From Octopus bimaculoides (lineage: Eukaryota), in the NCBI RefSeq assembly GCF_001194135.2, contig NC_068989.1, positions 89,457,260 through 89,504,124 of the forward strand: a DNA stretch of 46,865 nt, written 5' to 3'. The position numbers and the translations under genes were made by a program. Positions within the stretch are counted from its first letter, which is position 1. Each line of letters starts with the position of its first letter. Shown here piece by piece: positions 35,871 through 46,865 of this stretch. The notes under the pieces are model-generated. The model saw only the letters and a list, made by a program, of their open reading frames with translations. It did not search any database and was not told the DNA's origin.

Positions 35871-37093
35871 TTCCGATCTTCTTTCCTATAACATTTAACA
35901 AAAGCGTCATATTTCACAGAAGCGATAATCTTTATGTGGTTATTTACAGGCCTACAGACACGTCTAGATACACACACACTCACACTCATTCACTATCTGC
36001 CATTATGAACACAAACACGCGCATTCATTCTTTCTAGAAACGCCCAAGTCTATATCACCACACGCATTTTTGCATACCTAGGCATACATACTCACTGACT
36101 CATGTATAAATATCTACACACACACACACACACACACACTAGCGATCGTGACTTGCCGTTGCAATTACTTAACGGCCACTCTTCACAGATCGTTTTCGTG
36201 AGCTATGGATGTCCATGACATCAAGGTTACATCTCGTTTTTGTTTTCAGATTTGTGTTCATGACGTCCCTATGGAGTATAAAACGAGATCGATTATGTTT
36301 TCATTGCCCATTGGGTATTCCAAGTTCTGCAAAGACAAATTTTTTAATGACATTTGGTAAACATACCCGTACACTGAAGTTATTGTTTATTTATTTTATT
36401 GAAAATTTTATTGATGAGATGATCTTCCATACTTCAATCTTGCTTTCCTGAGTGGCTTACTGTTCGGTAACCATTTATTCATACACACACACACATAAAT
36501 ACTAATAACTGTAGTTACATCTACGCATCTAAATACGCATGCTTGCTGTGACATTCATACGCGCATTATATAGATCCTCCATGCAAACATGTAGTATGTT
36601 AACTAAAAAAAATATATACACACGTATATTTACACATTTAAATAAATACGCACACGCACATATTAACATACACGGAAACAATGCATGTACATGTTTAATT
36701 ACCACAACATACATACACACACACAAACACACACCCATTGTAATGGAACCAATGAGCAACTCTCTGCGCAGTTTATCGATCTGCTAAAAACTGCAGCCAG
36801 ATTTTTAAATCACACGCTACTTTCTTTAAAAAAATAAAGGACACAGGATAAGGTAGTCACAGAGACTGTTACTGGATAAATATATAAACGAGACTGTAAG
36901 GCCTTTGAGAATTGATCCGTTCGATCATGGCCGATGTAGGACTTAAAGCAACAGCTTACAAAATATATAAACTCGCTCTCTCTCTCTCTCTCACACACGC
37001 ACACACACATACAAAACTCACACACTGTCATACACAATTATATTTGCACACAATATTCTGTTTACATACGACATTATTTATAATAAGGCAATA

Positions 37094-37138
37094 CAACTTC
37101 CTGAATCGCGTATATTATATAAGCGATTCAGGAAGTTG
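37094..37138. repeat. Perfect 16-bp inverted repeat with 13-nt AT spacer
   Basis: CAACTTCCTGAATCGC-GTATATTATATAA-GCGATTCAGGAAGTTG. Confidence 0.9.
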
Positions 37139-37319
37139 CGCGCGAATGTGCACACAGTTAACACCCACATACTTTTATGGAGACATAGATATGTGCACAT
37201 TAATTCGTTCTGGCAGATGTCAGTATGTAATAACCCCACCACCACCATTACCACATAAACAAACACACATTGAAACTACTGACTTTTTGTATTTATTCAA
37301 GTTATTTCAACCCCAAGAG

Positions 37320-37990
37320 GTTGTGTCGCAATTACCAATTAGCAATCGCCACCAACCCTGTGAATTCTTCGTTCTTGAGATTATCTCTCCTTCTCCTATG
37401 GAGTGGGTCTCAATTGCCATTTGGTAATTGTGACACATCCTCTAAAGGCGGAGATAATTTTAATAAATCAAGAATTTAATTTGTATGGTATTTCATACAC
37501 CTGTATTTGTCCTTGCTTAAATACATGCCACTGGGCATCCCTGGGTTACTTCTTTCAGCGCATTTTTGTTTTATTTATGCGATTATTTAATTTACCTGGT
37601 CCATAAATGTTTAATTATTTCATTTACCTGTATACGTATACGTCTCTATCTCTTGACTGCTGGAGATTGTGTATGGCAATTGTACTGATGACGTTTATAG
37701 AGGCAGAAACACGTGCCCACAACTGTCCTCTTATCTCCAAACAATAAGCCTGTCCATTTCCTTCATGACATATCAACTTTGGATTCACTTGAGATTATCT
37801 CCCCTTTTCATATGCAGCTGGTCTCAATTGCCAAGTAGTAACTGTGACACGGAGAGACGGAAATATAAATAAAAAATTGTTGTATCGTATTTGATATACT
37901 TGTATTTGTCTATGCTGTTCATATACATTCCGCTGGTCATTCTTTTAATTTTTCTATGTTGGATAACATAATATGCGATGTTTTATTGGT
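37320..37990. repeat. Family G repeat, two diverged tandem copies (about 414-bp offset); third fragment at 45715-45830
   Basis: TTGAGATTATCTC...GGTCTCAATTGCCA...TGTGACAC at 37375 and 37789. AAATCAAGAATTT...AAATAC(A/G)TGCCACTGG at 37465-37530 and 45716-45770. Confidence 0.7.
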
Positions 37991-38140
37991 ATGTGCCTAA
38001 GTTCTGAACTGAAATGCGGTTGGAGTCGACTTTGCCTTTCATCCTTCCGATGCCGAAAAAATATCAGTCAAGTGCTGAGGTTGATTAAATCAACTCTAAC
38101 ACTTCCCCTAAAATCGAGGCCTTGTGTCTGTGCTAGAAAT
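37990..38140 (+). mobile_element. Family A SINE, diverged
   Basis: GTCGACTTTGCCTTTCATCCTTCCG...AAAATCGAGGCCTTGTGTCTG. Confidence 0.75.
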
Positions 38141-38511
38141 CAGCATTTATATAGTGTAGATAAAAGGGAGCGGGTTTGTACTATATGCAGGCTTTAACAG
38201 AGATTTCATCGGTGAAATCGGCGAACAACTTAAGATCCTCGCTGTAGAGGATATGTGATGAAGTGAGATTTCCGGAGGGTAACAGTTCTATTAAAAAAGG
38301 ATTGGCTGTAATATGTTGTTCATGTTTCCGGAGAAATCTGGAAGAGAATGAATAGGAGAAGAGTTAAAGAATATTTTGAAGTATTTTGAAGCAATGATGG
38401 CAGAGAATAATACCCAGTTAATACAATAGAAGGAACGGGTGTATAGGAATCGGGTAGGCTTCGACGATAATAGTTAGCACTGTTTATTACACAGTTTGTT
38501 GAATGGTGAAC

Positions 38512-38705
38512 CAGAAGAACTGTTAATACGCCGGGAAAGTGCTTAGCGCTATTTCGTCCGTTTTTACGTCCTGAGTTCAAATTTCGCCGTGGTCGAATTT
38601 ATCTTTCGTCCTTGATGAAATTATTATCAGTTGAGCACTAGGGGTCGATGTAATCGACTATCCCCCTCGCCCCAAATTTCAAACTTTTTGCCTATAGGGG
38701 AAGGA
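38512..38705 (+). mobile_element. Family A SINE (A2 tail)
   Basis: GCTTAGCGCTATTTCGTC...GAGTTCAAATTTCGCC...GGGGTCGATGTAATCGACT. Confidence 0.85.
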
Positions 38706-38795
38706 GAAAAAGGAATTGTAGACACTAGAGAAGACAAGACATGGGGTAAAGATGTCATGTTACTCGACGAATGGTTATAGCGTGTTAAACAGCTG

Positions 38796-39135
38796 TTTAC
38801 TTGTTTCAGTCACTGGACTGCCGCCATGCTGGGGTCATGCCCTTCACGGATTTATTCGAACAAATCGACCCCAGTGCTTATTGTTTGAAGTCTGACACTT
38901 ATTCTATCGGTGTCTTTTGTCGGACCGCTACGTTACGGGGGCGTAAACAAACCAACAGTGGTTGTCAAGCAGTGATGGGACAAGGAGCGCGCGCACACAT
39001 GCACACACACACAACGCGCTTCTTTTAGCTTCCGTCTGCCAAATTCCCCCACGATCTTCTGGTCGCAAGGTGCTATGCAGTGGGACCTGAAACCGGAACC
39101 CCGTGGTTGGGAAGCAAACTTCCCACCACACAGCC
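38796..39135 (-). mobile_element. Family B SINE, full length
   Basis: From the 3' end TTTACTTGTTTCAGTCA through to the head GGAAGCAAACTTCCCACCACACAGCC. Confidence 0.85.
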
Positions 39136-39290
39136 AAATAAAAATTGGTTGAAAAACATCCGGTGCATTTTATTTTTTATTGGAAGGGGTCTTTTTATTT
39201 TATTTACTTATTTACTTTTAAGGACAAAAATTGAGGGAGATATTAAAGCCCATAAGCTGTTGCATTAAAAATCAGAATAACTTAAACATC

Positions 39291-39493
39291 CTTTTCTACT
39301 CTAGGTATAAGGCCCAAAATTTTATGAGAGGGGGGGGGGGCAATCGATTAGATCGACCCCAGTACGCAACTGGTACTTAATTTATCGACCCCGAAAGGAT
39401 GAAAGGCAAAGTCGACCTCAGTGGAATTTGAACTCAGAAATACCGCTAAGCATTTCGTCCGGTGTGCTAACGATTCTGCCAGCTCGACGCCTT
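39291..39493 (-). mobile_element. Family A SINE (A2 tail), small internal deletion
   Basis: 13-bp TSD TAACTTAAA(C/T)ATC at 39278-39290 and 39497-39509; near-consensus core. Confidence 0.9.
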
Positions 39494-39722
39494 GTGTAAC
39501 TTAAATATCGATGTATCCTGACTGCAGCAAAGTTTGCACCGTAGAGGTACCTAGGAACCATTACAGATAACTATAAAATTTGTGTAGCAGCTGTTCCATC
39601 CTAAAATGTGTCAGCCGTCATCTTGTCTGAATTGAGCTTAGTTTTGGTTGAGGGACAGAGTGCGCATGCTTTCACAAACACTCGCGCGCGCTTACCCTCA
39701 CCATTACTTTTTTTTTTTTTAC

Positions 39723-39837
39723 TCTTTTACTTTTTTTATTTGTTTCAGTCATTTGACTGCGGCCATGCTGGACCACTGCCTTTTGTCGAACAAATCGATC
39801 TCGGAACTTATTCTTTGTAAGCTTAGTACTTATTCTA
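39723..39837 (-). mobile_element. Family B SINE 3' end
   Basis: TGTTTCAGTCATTTGACTGCGGCCATGCTG...CTTTGTAAGCTTAGTACTTATTCTA. Confidence 0.85.
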
Positions 39838-39845
39838 CATTAAAC

Positions 39846-40077
39846 TCGGGCTTGTGAGTGAATTTGGTAAATGGAAACTGTGTGGAAGCTGATTGTATAT
39901 AATATATGTGTGTGTGTCTTCGTTTCGTCGCCATCACTTGACAACCGGTGTTGTTTACGTCCCTGCGATATAGCGATTTGTCAAGTACTGGGGTCGATTT
40001 GTTTGACTAAACCTTTCAAGGTGGTACCCCAGCATGGCCGTATTTCAGTGACTGAAACAAGTAAAAGATAAAAGATA
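39846..40077 (+). mobile_element. Family B SINE lacking its head
   Basis: CTTGTGAGTGAATTTGGTA...CTGGGGTCGATTTGTTTGACTAA...GACTGAAACAAGTAAAAGATA. Confidence 0.8.
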
Positions 40078-40084
40078 TAACTGA

Positions 40085-40690
40085 CATTTTAGAAGAATAA
40101 AGTCGGAAGTGATCGAGTGCGCCAAACCCCGTAATTTCTTCGGATATGTCAATTCCACCAGGTTGGCCGTGTGATTCGGATGCCGAGTAACCGGCTCCCA
40201 AAGGCGGACCTCTTCAGGGAGATCGAAACTAAGTAGGCCTCATGGACGTCCGATACTTCGTTTTCGTGATCATCGTAAGCGGTCTCTCATGTTATGCGGT
40301 AACCCTCCCAATCTATTGGAGGCCCTGGCTGTTAATCAAAATGCTGGAGTGGAGCGCTTTGAAACCGAACGCAGGAGACCGCACGAAGAGAGGAAGAGAC
40401 GTCGACATCAACCCCCTGCGACTGTTGTTCGAGGTCACTTTCAGTGTCCTGTCTTGTCAGTCACGTCCGCTCCCATGAGAAACAATGTGTTGGAGGCTGA
40501 GGATGATGAATCTCCTGGGTCCACGCTCTCATCACCTTTGATGCAAAATTAACAATTCCAAAAAGCGATGCCCCCTCTCATCATCACCTGTTATAAACTG
40601 TGAAGTTTTGAAATACCAGAAGGAAAAGATCGCGGAATGGAGGTAAAATGCCAATAAATTGATTAATAAAAAAAGGAAGTTTTGAAAGGA
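40085..40690 (+). mobile_element. Decayed CR1/L2-like LINE ORF2 fragment (linker before the RT domain)
   Basis: Across frameshifts, and in the expected order: KPRNFFGYVNSTR (cf. NPK.F..YVNSK), RYFVFVI (cf. YF.SVF), VLEA..ESPG..PL..AMPPLII (cf. VL..L..KSPGPD..P..LA.PL.IIF) and EWR*NAN..INKK (cf. EWK.ANV.PI.KKG). Manual motif recall only. Confidence 0.6.
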
Positions 40691-41093
40691 AGAAATATCT
40701 TTCAGATTCGCAATTCCGATTGTAAGAAACACGGAAATCCTAAATCGTCAAAGGACGGACGGACACGGAAACACACACATTCGCGGTAACGTAAGTGCGA
40801 TCTCGCTCCTTGATCAGCTAAATGTCTCAAACTCCGAAGACATCGTAAATGCGTGTTGTTAAACTCCAGTTGACTCGCCGATAATTCAAGTCAACTCGAT
40901 GTTTTTCTTTTCTTTTTTCCCCCCACAACTTTTACTCCGATTCATCCCTTCAGTTATTTTGTCCGGTTATTATTTAAACCATCTTTAAACATGTCCTAAA
41001 TCTCTCTCTCCCTCACACACACACACAAACACAATTTAAAGAAAGTAAGCTAAGGGAAGTAACTCGAGTAAGCAATGGCCTGAACTTTAGTGA

Positions 41094-41420
41094 GTGACGT
41101 ATGGAGAATATTCCCGATTAAAATTTCCCTTGGAATTCAAGAAAGAAAACAAAAACTTAGTGGTAATTATTAACAACTATTCAGGACAAGCTCGAGAAAT
41201 TCAAGAAATGAAATTTATTTCATAATACTTCCTTGGTTAGGGGAAAAATCTGGTGTGTGTGTGTATAAAGTCTGTCATACCGGCCATGACGAAGGGAAAT
41301 AGCCCTGAAACTCGAGTCGCCTTTATATATATATATTTATATTTATATATTTATATATTTGATCCTTTATATTGAACACTCAATATTTCATCTACATTCA
41401 ATACTTTCTTTCATGGTGCC
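41094..41420 (+). mobile_element. Penelope-like element 3' remnant
   Basis: A short frame ending KNLVVIINNYSGQAREIQEMKFIS* (41151-41225; R-x3-E-x3-I as in GIY-YIG C-termini), then a hammerhead motif and an AT-rich tail. Confidence 0.5.
41282..41321 (+). ncRNA. Minimal type I hammerhead ribozyme-like motif (one extra A in the core)
   Basis: GGC-C(A)TGACGA-AGGG/AAATAG/CCCT-GAAA-C/TCGA/GT-C-GCC gives stems I, II and III, with a GUC cleavage triplet at 41316-41318. Confidence 0.65.
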
Positions 41421-41641
41421 ATCCATTTTTATTTTATTTTATTTTATTTTATTTTATATTGTATATTGTATATTATATATTATATATTGTATATTCCATA
41501 TTCTATACCCCACATTAGTTCTGCAGGAATATAAATAAAACATAAAAAACAGACAGTGTTGGAACTCTTTTAAGCAAAATAATATATTCCTCTATACACA
41601 ATCATACAAAAAAACCCACCTTTTTTGTATTTATTTTTACT

Positions 41642-41693
<52 letters not shown>

Positions 41694-42149
41694 ATGTATA
41701 TATATATGTATGTATGTATTATTATGTATGTATGTATGTATGTATGTATGTATGTATGTATATGCAGGGCCGTGTTAGTGATCAGGTTGCGATTGGTGCA
41801 ATGAAAATTGTAATACCAAATAATGTCGAAGTGAAATGAAATTTATATAGTTTTCTGCATTTTTTGAATGGCTAATATTGACGATTTCCATGGTGTTATC
41901 GTACATATAAATTTAGCTGAACTCAAGATATATTTCAGCCAAAAGTTGAGTCTGGCCATGTCTGGTGCAATTCGATAGAAACTGTTAGGTCATTTCAAAA
42001 TCATGTTTTGTAATGTCATGAACCCATTCAGGTAGGCAGTTAAATGAGATATATCCAGGTGTAAGTGGCTTATACACTCACACACATACACATTATATAT
42101 ATACTTCTGGCTGTAACAAACGAAAGAGGGGGCCTCGAAGTAGTCATTT

Positions 42150-42235
42150 GAAATGCTAAAAATAGCAGCCATATCGCTCTTAATTCATCCCCTACAGCCT
42201 TTAAAAAAAAAGCAGAAAGGACACATCGGCTAATA
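42150..42235 (+). mobile_element. Family E fragment
   Basis: CTAAAAATAGCAGCCATATCGCTC...TAAAAAAAAAGCAGAAAGGACACAT. Confidence 0.5.
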
Positions 42236-42826
42236 TTTCCTTGAAAAAAAAAAAGTAATAAATAAAAAGTTGGAGGGTTAAGGATGGAACGTCTTTGATT
42301 GTGAGGTCTGTTTCGGACAAAATCACCTCGGGGCGAAACAACTTCCGATTTCGTGTACGTTCTAAGTACCTCTGTAACCTTTTGTGTAGGAACCGTTTCC
42401 AAACTGTTTCTATTTACATCAAAGCCAGAATGCGCGCGCATCCATTCACACACACGCACAGTTTGTCTGTTGTGTGTGTGTGTTTACGTACTTTCTATGT
42501 CTATACGTATTCCTGTATACGAACGTCAGTTTTATTTACGTGCGATAACATAAGTGACTTAAGCGTGCGTATTTAAATGGATACCAAAGCGATGTCCGTA
42601 TACGCATGTTTGTTTTTGTGTGTGCGTTGTATGTACGATCGGCATTTTCCGGCTATATCCGCTGCCAATTTATTTTCGGAAATTGCCGACTGCATATTTT
42701 GTTTGACGATAACAATGAGGTCCTAATCATTTAGATTCTGATAATATCTCTTATTTTTCATCTCCTACACACACATTTTCTCCCTCCTCCATTTTCTTGC
42801 TCTTTATTTATCTATTCTGGCCTATC

Positions 42827-42914
<88 letters not shown>

Positions 42915-43259
42915 ATATATATTTATATATATATATTGCGTGTGTGTGTGCACTTTAGATAATTTGTCCACTTTATCTCTTTTACTCTTTTCATTTTCTT
43001 CCCGTTTCATGCTCGTTTTAACTCCAACTCCCCCTTCCTCACTGTTTATATCTATCTAATTCTCTCCTACCTCTCCCTCTTCCCCACTGGAAGAGCAAAC
43101 GATATCGCATACGCAAGAGCGTTCGCGGCGCTGGTTTTACAATAAATAGAAGATCGATGAAACATTTGTTTGATAATCCTAGTTTTATGTGTATATTCTC
43201 TGAATGTATAAATACAAAGATTCATATATATGTATGGTGTGTGTATGTATGTATGTGTA

Positions 43260-43295
<36 letters not shown>

Positions 43296-43431
43296 TTGCT
43301 TAGACAGATCAGCTCTAACTTGCGATCAAGTTATTCTAACTGTAGCCATCGCTTTCTCATTCATTCTTCCTTTCTTTCCTTCCTTCCTTCCTTCCTTCCT
43401 TCCTTCCTTCCTCTGTCTGTCTGTCTCTCTC

Positions 43432-43478
<47 letters not shown>

Positions 43479-43539
43479 ATCTATCTTATACAGAGATAAT
43501 TGATTAGATAAGTATTACATTATCTAATAGCTCCTTCGA

Positions 43540-44135
43540 CTCTTTAAAAGCAGCAAGATACGATTTGAGGGAGATCTGGCTGCTATCTCTTGCAAGTCAA
43601 GCGGCCATACAGAGCAACAATAGGTATGAGACATGGTTCATCGTAAAGCGGGCTGCACTACTAAAGGAAATTCAAGGTAATCTTTCGTTAGGCGTGCCAT
43701 TCTGAAAGTCTCACCAGGCCGCGCTTTGCTTGTGCCTGATTTAAAGTTAGGGCGGGAAACAGTTTGAGTTCGTACCATTGACGATTTGCAAGGACATGAA
43801 AAACTGTGATGGGTGCGTCTGTACAAAAGAAGACATTGAATCCTTAATTTTACAATTGACTGAAACTAGAGAAAGAATAATGTGTGTGTGTGTGTGTGTG
43901 TGTGTATTTAGTAACAGGGATTACGATGCCGCGTTTAAGTGGCAAGTATACCTCTCTCACATTAACTACATGTGAAAATATAGTGCGATGTTGCTTAGCC
44001 ACCCCGTCTTCCTTCGCCTTGTGATCAAAGGTGTTCCAGCTATAGCCGTCTCATTTTTTCTTTTTAAGGCATAGTTAATTTTAAGACGGTGAGGTGTGTG
44101 TTTGAGGGTTATTTTGCTGCTGTTTCTAGCATGGT
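43540..44135 (-). mobile_element. Two family E fragments (43540-43615, 44025-44135)
   Basis: TTTGAGGGAGATCTGGCTGCTA and TTTGAGGGTTATTTTGCTGCTGTTTCTAG are rc of the E motif. Confidence 0.55.
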
Positions 44136-44749
44136 GCGTTACCACATAAGGGCTCGATGTATTCTGCACGCATATATAAAGGGATGTTGAGCAAGCTGTG
44201 ACTAGAAGCATTCTAGAAAGATAACAGTGTAACGGCATTTGTAAGATAGGTAGGGAGGAAGATGAGACAAAATAAAATGAAACAGAATAGATTGATAGAT
44301 AGATAGATAGATAGATGGATAGATAGATAGATAGTTCAGTAGGTAGACTGAAGAATAGATAGTTTACTCTAACATATAGCTTGTGACCTGGAGTGAGTCT
44401 TGTTGCTGAGGGTTACAGCTTAACGCTTTCGAATCAACGATTCTCCGGACTTTAATCCTTATTTTGCGCTCTTTCTTGATGTGGTTAGTTTTTCATCTAG
44501 CCTGAACCGGCGAAATGAGCTGGGTACGTGGAAAACACGTCTGCTGTTTCTAGGATATTTTAATCATGAAAGAACGAAAAACTAACCACCATCGGCAAAG
44601 AGCGGAAAATAGGGATTAAAAAAGTCTGCTGACGGTGTCACGGTTTCGATTTTCTGGAAGCTTTACCAAGATGGTAACTTCTAATATTCAACAAGGCTCA
44701 CCTCATCCAGGTTACACGCCATATTTAATATTCTTTCAAATTTTGATAC

Positions 44750-44850
44750 AAAGCCAGCAATTTTGAAGGGAGGGAGGTCGATTACATCAACCCCCATTCG
44801 TACTTATTCTATCGATCCCGATATAATGAAGAATAAAGTCGACCTTGGTA
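44750..44850 (-). mobile_element. Family A SINE fragment, diverged
   Basis: GTCGATTACATCAACCCC...TTCTATCGATCCCG...AAAGTCGACCTTGG. Confidence 0.65.
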
Positions 44851-45115
44851 GTATTAACTCTGTCCTCTCCATTCGTGGATTCTCTATTCTCTCTCCATAT
44901 ATAATCTGTCTGTCTGAAAGAACCTGACAGAAGAGTGTAGATTGTTTGTCTGGTTTGTATTCAAAATACGTGCGTCTGAGTTTCTCACAATTACTCTCTC
45001 GCCTACTTTTGTCTTCTCTTTTCCTCGAGAGGAAAAGAAATAAAGAAAGGAACAGACATAAAATGTGTACTGATTGACCACATATAGACAGAATTTTGTA
45101 TTTCTCTGTCTCTCC

Positions 45116-45224
<109 letters not shown>

Positions 45225-45953
45225 ACAGGCTTTCATTGTTTCACACCCTCTCTTTGCTCTGTATCTCGCTCTCTCACACGCCAAGAGCGCTAACTAAAAT
45301 CATTGATAATCATATTATGTACAAGTCCTTCGCGTCACTCGTTTGGTTAGTCGATCTGATCAGAAAAAAAGAAAGGAAAGAAAGGAAGAAAGAAAGAAAG
45401 ACCACAATGTCTGCTCTTGGTGTTATCAAAAGCTGCAGACCTGTTAGTTTGGACAAACCAAACAGCTTACCTGTCCGTGTCTGTGTGTCTCTTCTCCTCC
45501 TCCTTCTCTCGCCCCCTCTCTCTCTCTTAATATGTAGCTGTATGTGTGTATTTACAAACACGTATCGAAAGACTTCTTTCAGATAATCTGCACTTGTAAC
45601 ATGGTTTCATACAGACAGCCGAGCACGTTTCTGTTATCAGTAGTCAATAAAGAGAACTCCATTCTCGCGTCCTCTATGAAATCATGGTATTTAATGGACC
45701 ATTCTATAAATATCGTAAATCAAGAATTTGCTTGTATTTGTTTATGCTGGTCAAATACGTGCCACTGGCCATTCAAGTATTTCTCTCAGTTCATTTTTGT
45801 TTAAACTATGCAAAATTACCCAGGCCAGCAATGTTTTTGACTATTCCTATAGGTCTAAATTCCTTGGCTACTGGAGATCAGATCGGACAAAAGCCGTGCT
45901 GTCGACATCCATTCAGGCAGAAACTTGTGTCCATGGCTCGTTATAATTGCTGC

Positions 45954-46263
45954 TTCTTTCACTACTGGACTATGGCCATGCTGGGGCACCACCTTGTAGG
46001 ATTTAGTCTAACAAATTGACCCCAGTAGTTACGTTTTCAAGTCTGGCATTTATTCTTCCACATTTGCCGAACCGCTAAGTTACGGGAACCAATATCGATT
46101 TTAAGTGGTGAGTGAGGACAAATAAAGAAAAACAAACATACATATATATTTACAACAGGCTTTCGTAGTTTCCGTCTGCAGTCACAAGGCATCGGTCGAT
46201 CCGAGTAGAAGATACTTGCCCAAGGTGCTGCGCACAGGGACTGACCCCGAACCCACGTGGTTA
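45954..46263 (-). mobile_element. Family B SINE, near full length, diverged
   Basis: GGCCATGCTGGGGCACC...GCCGAACCGCTAAGTTACGG...GCCCAAGGTGCTGCGCACAGGGACTGACCCC. Confidence 0.8.
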
Positions 46264-46388
46264 TACTGCGTGTACGTGTGTGTGTTTGTGGTACTGTTCT
46301 GAGATCGATATAACCAGCGAAAAAGAAATTAGCTGAAATCTGCATAAGAAAAGATTATGTCGTTCTGTATACATCTTATATGAATCCC

Positions 46389-46525
46389 TTTGGGATCCAT
46401 ATAAGATTTTACTGTTAAAGTTAATGTACAATAAATCGTTTATGATTCTACAAGAAACAAAATATCTTATTTTTTTAAAATTTAATTCTTTAGAATATTT
46501 AGTTATAAAAATACAGCAAGCTTTT
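46389..46525 (+). mobile_element. Internal fragment of the 30629 hAT MITE family
   Basis: Shares GGG..CCAT..AGATT..TGTTAAA and TTATAAAAATACAGCAAG with 30660-30790. Confidence 0.55.
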
Positions 46526-46865
46526 GGGGGCGGGGGGAGTCTAGTGCAGAATCGCACCTCTTCTTGAAAAATGCATAAAAAAAAAAAAATTCCGATTCCT
46601 ACGTTTCAGATGTCGGAGATTATGAATATACTTTAAAAAAATTTTTAATTTCATCCCCCTCACCCCCAATTTGAAATTCTGATTTTCTTTACTTTTAAGA
46701 GATCGTAGTGAATTGACGAACATATGCAAATCGAAATTAAATACAGACAAAAACATTAAAATGAAAAGAATTTGCGTTTTACTTGTGTTTGCCTTAAATA
46801 ACCGTAAATAGTAATTAAATGTAAATTAAATATACACCATTTTATGGGAAACAAACATTAATATG

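Noticed and set aside
40706-40790. Exon-like segment TTTCAG|...|GTAAGT
   Set aside because: The splice signals are good, but the peptide is unrecognisable and it abuts LINE debris; cannot be supported as coding.
41765-41800. hAT-like left end CAGGGCCGTGTTAG
   Set aside because: No matching right TIR or TSD found.

Overview
This is AT-rich eukaryotic, repeat-dense DNA with 11 assembly gaps (about 4,250 N, roughly 9%), most of them next to microsatellites. The repeat content (several tRNA-derived SINE families plus very abundant CA/CT/TA/ATT/ACT microsatellites) looks like an octopod cephalopod genome such as Octopus; this is recognition from memory, not a database result. No protein-coding gene, tRNA, rRNA or CRISPR array can be called with confidence. 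Most ORFs in the track are artefacts of microsatellites, N-gaps or SINEs, and the window reads as intronic or intergenic. Supported features: about 40 SINE copies or fragments in five provisional families (my labels A-E), several with target-site duplications; hAT and pogo/Tigger-type MITEs; a decayed CR1-like LINE ORF2 fragment; and two Penelope-like terminal remnants. The best leads are: (1) a near-canonical minimal hammerhead ribozyme at 41282-41321; (2) a microhomology-bounded X-Y-X'-Y'-X' inverted triplication at 14018-14361; (3) a dispersed hairpin-forming repeat family; (4) closely spaced inverted SINE pairs that could form ADAR substrates; and (5) a speculative, phase-compatible chain of four minus-strand exons.
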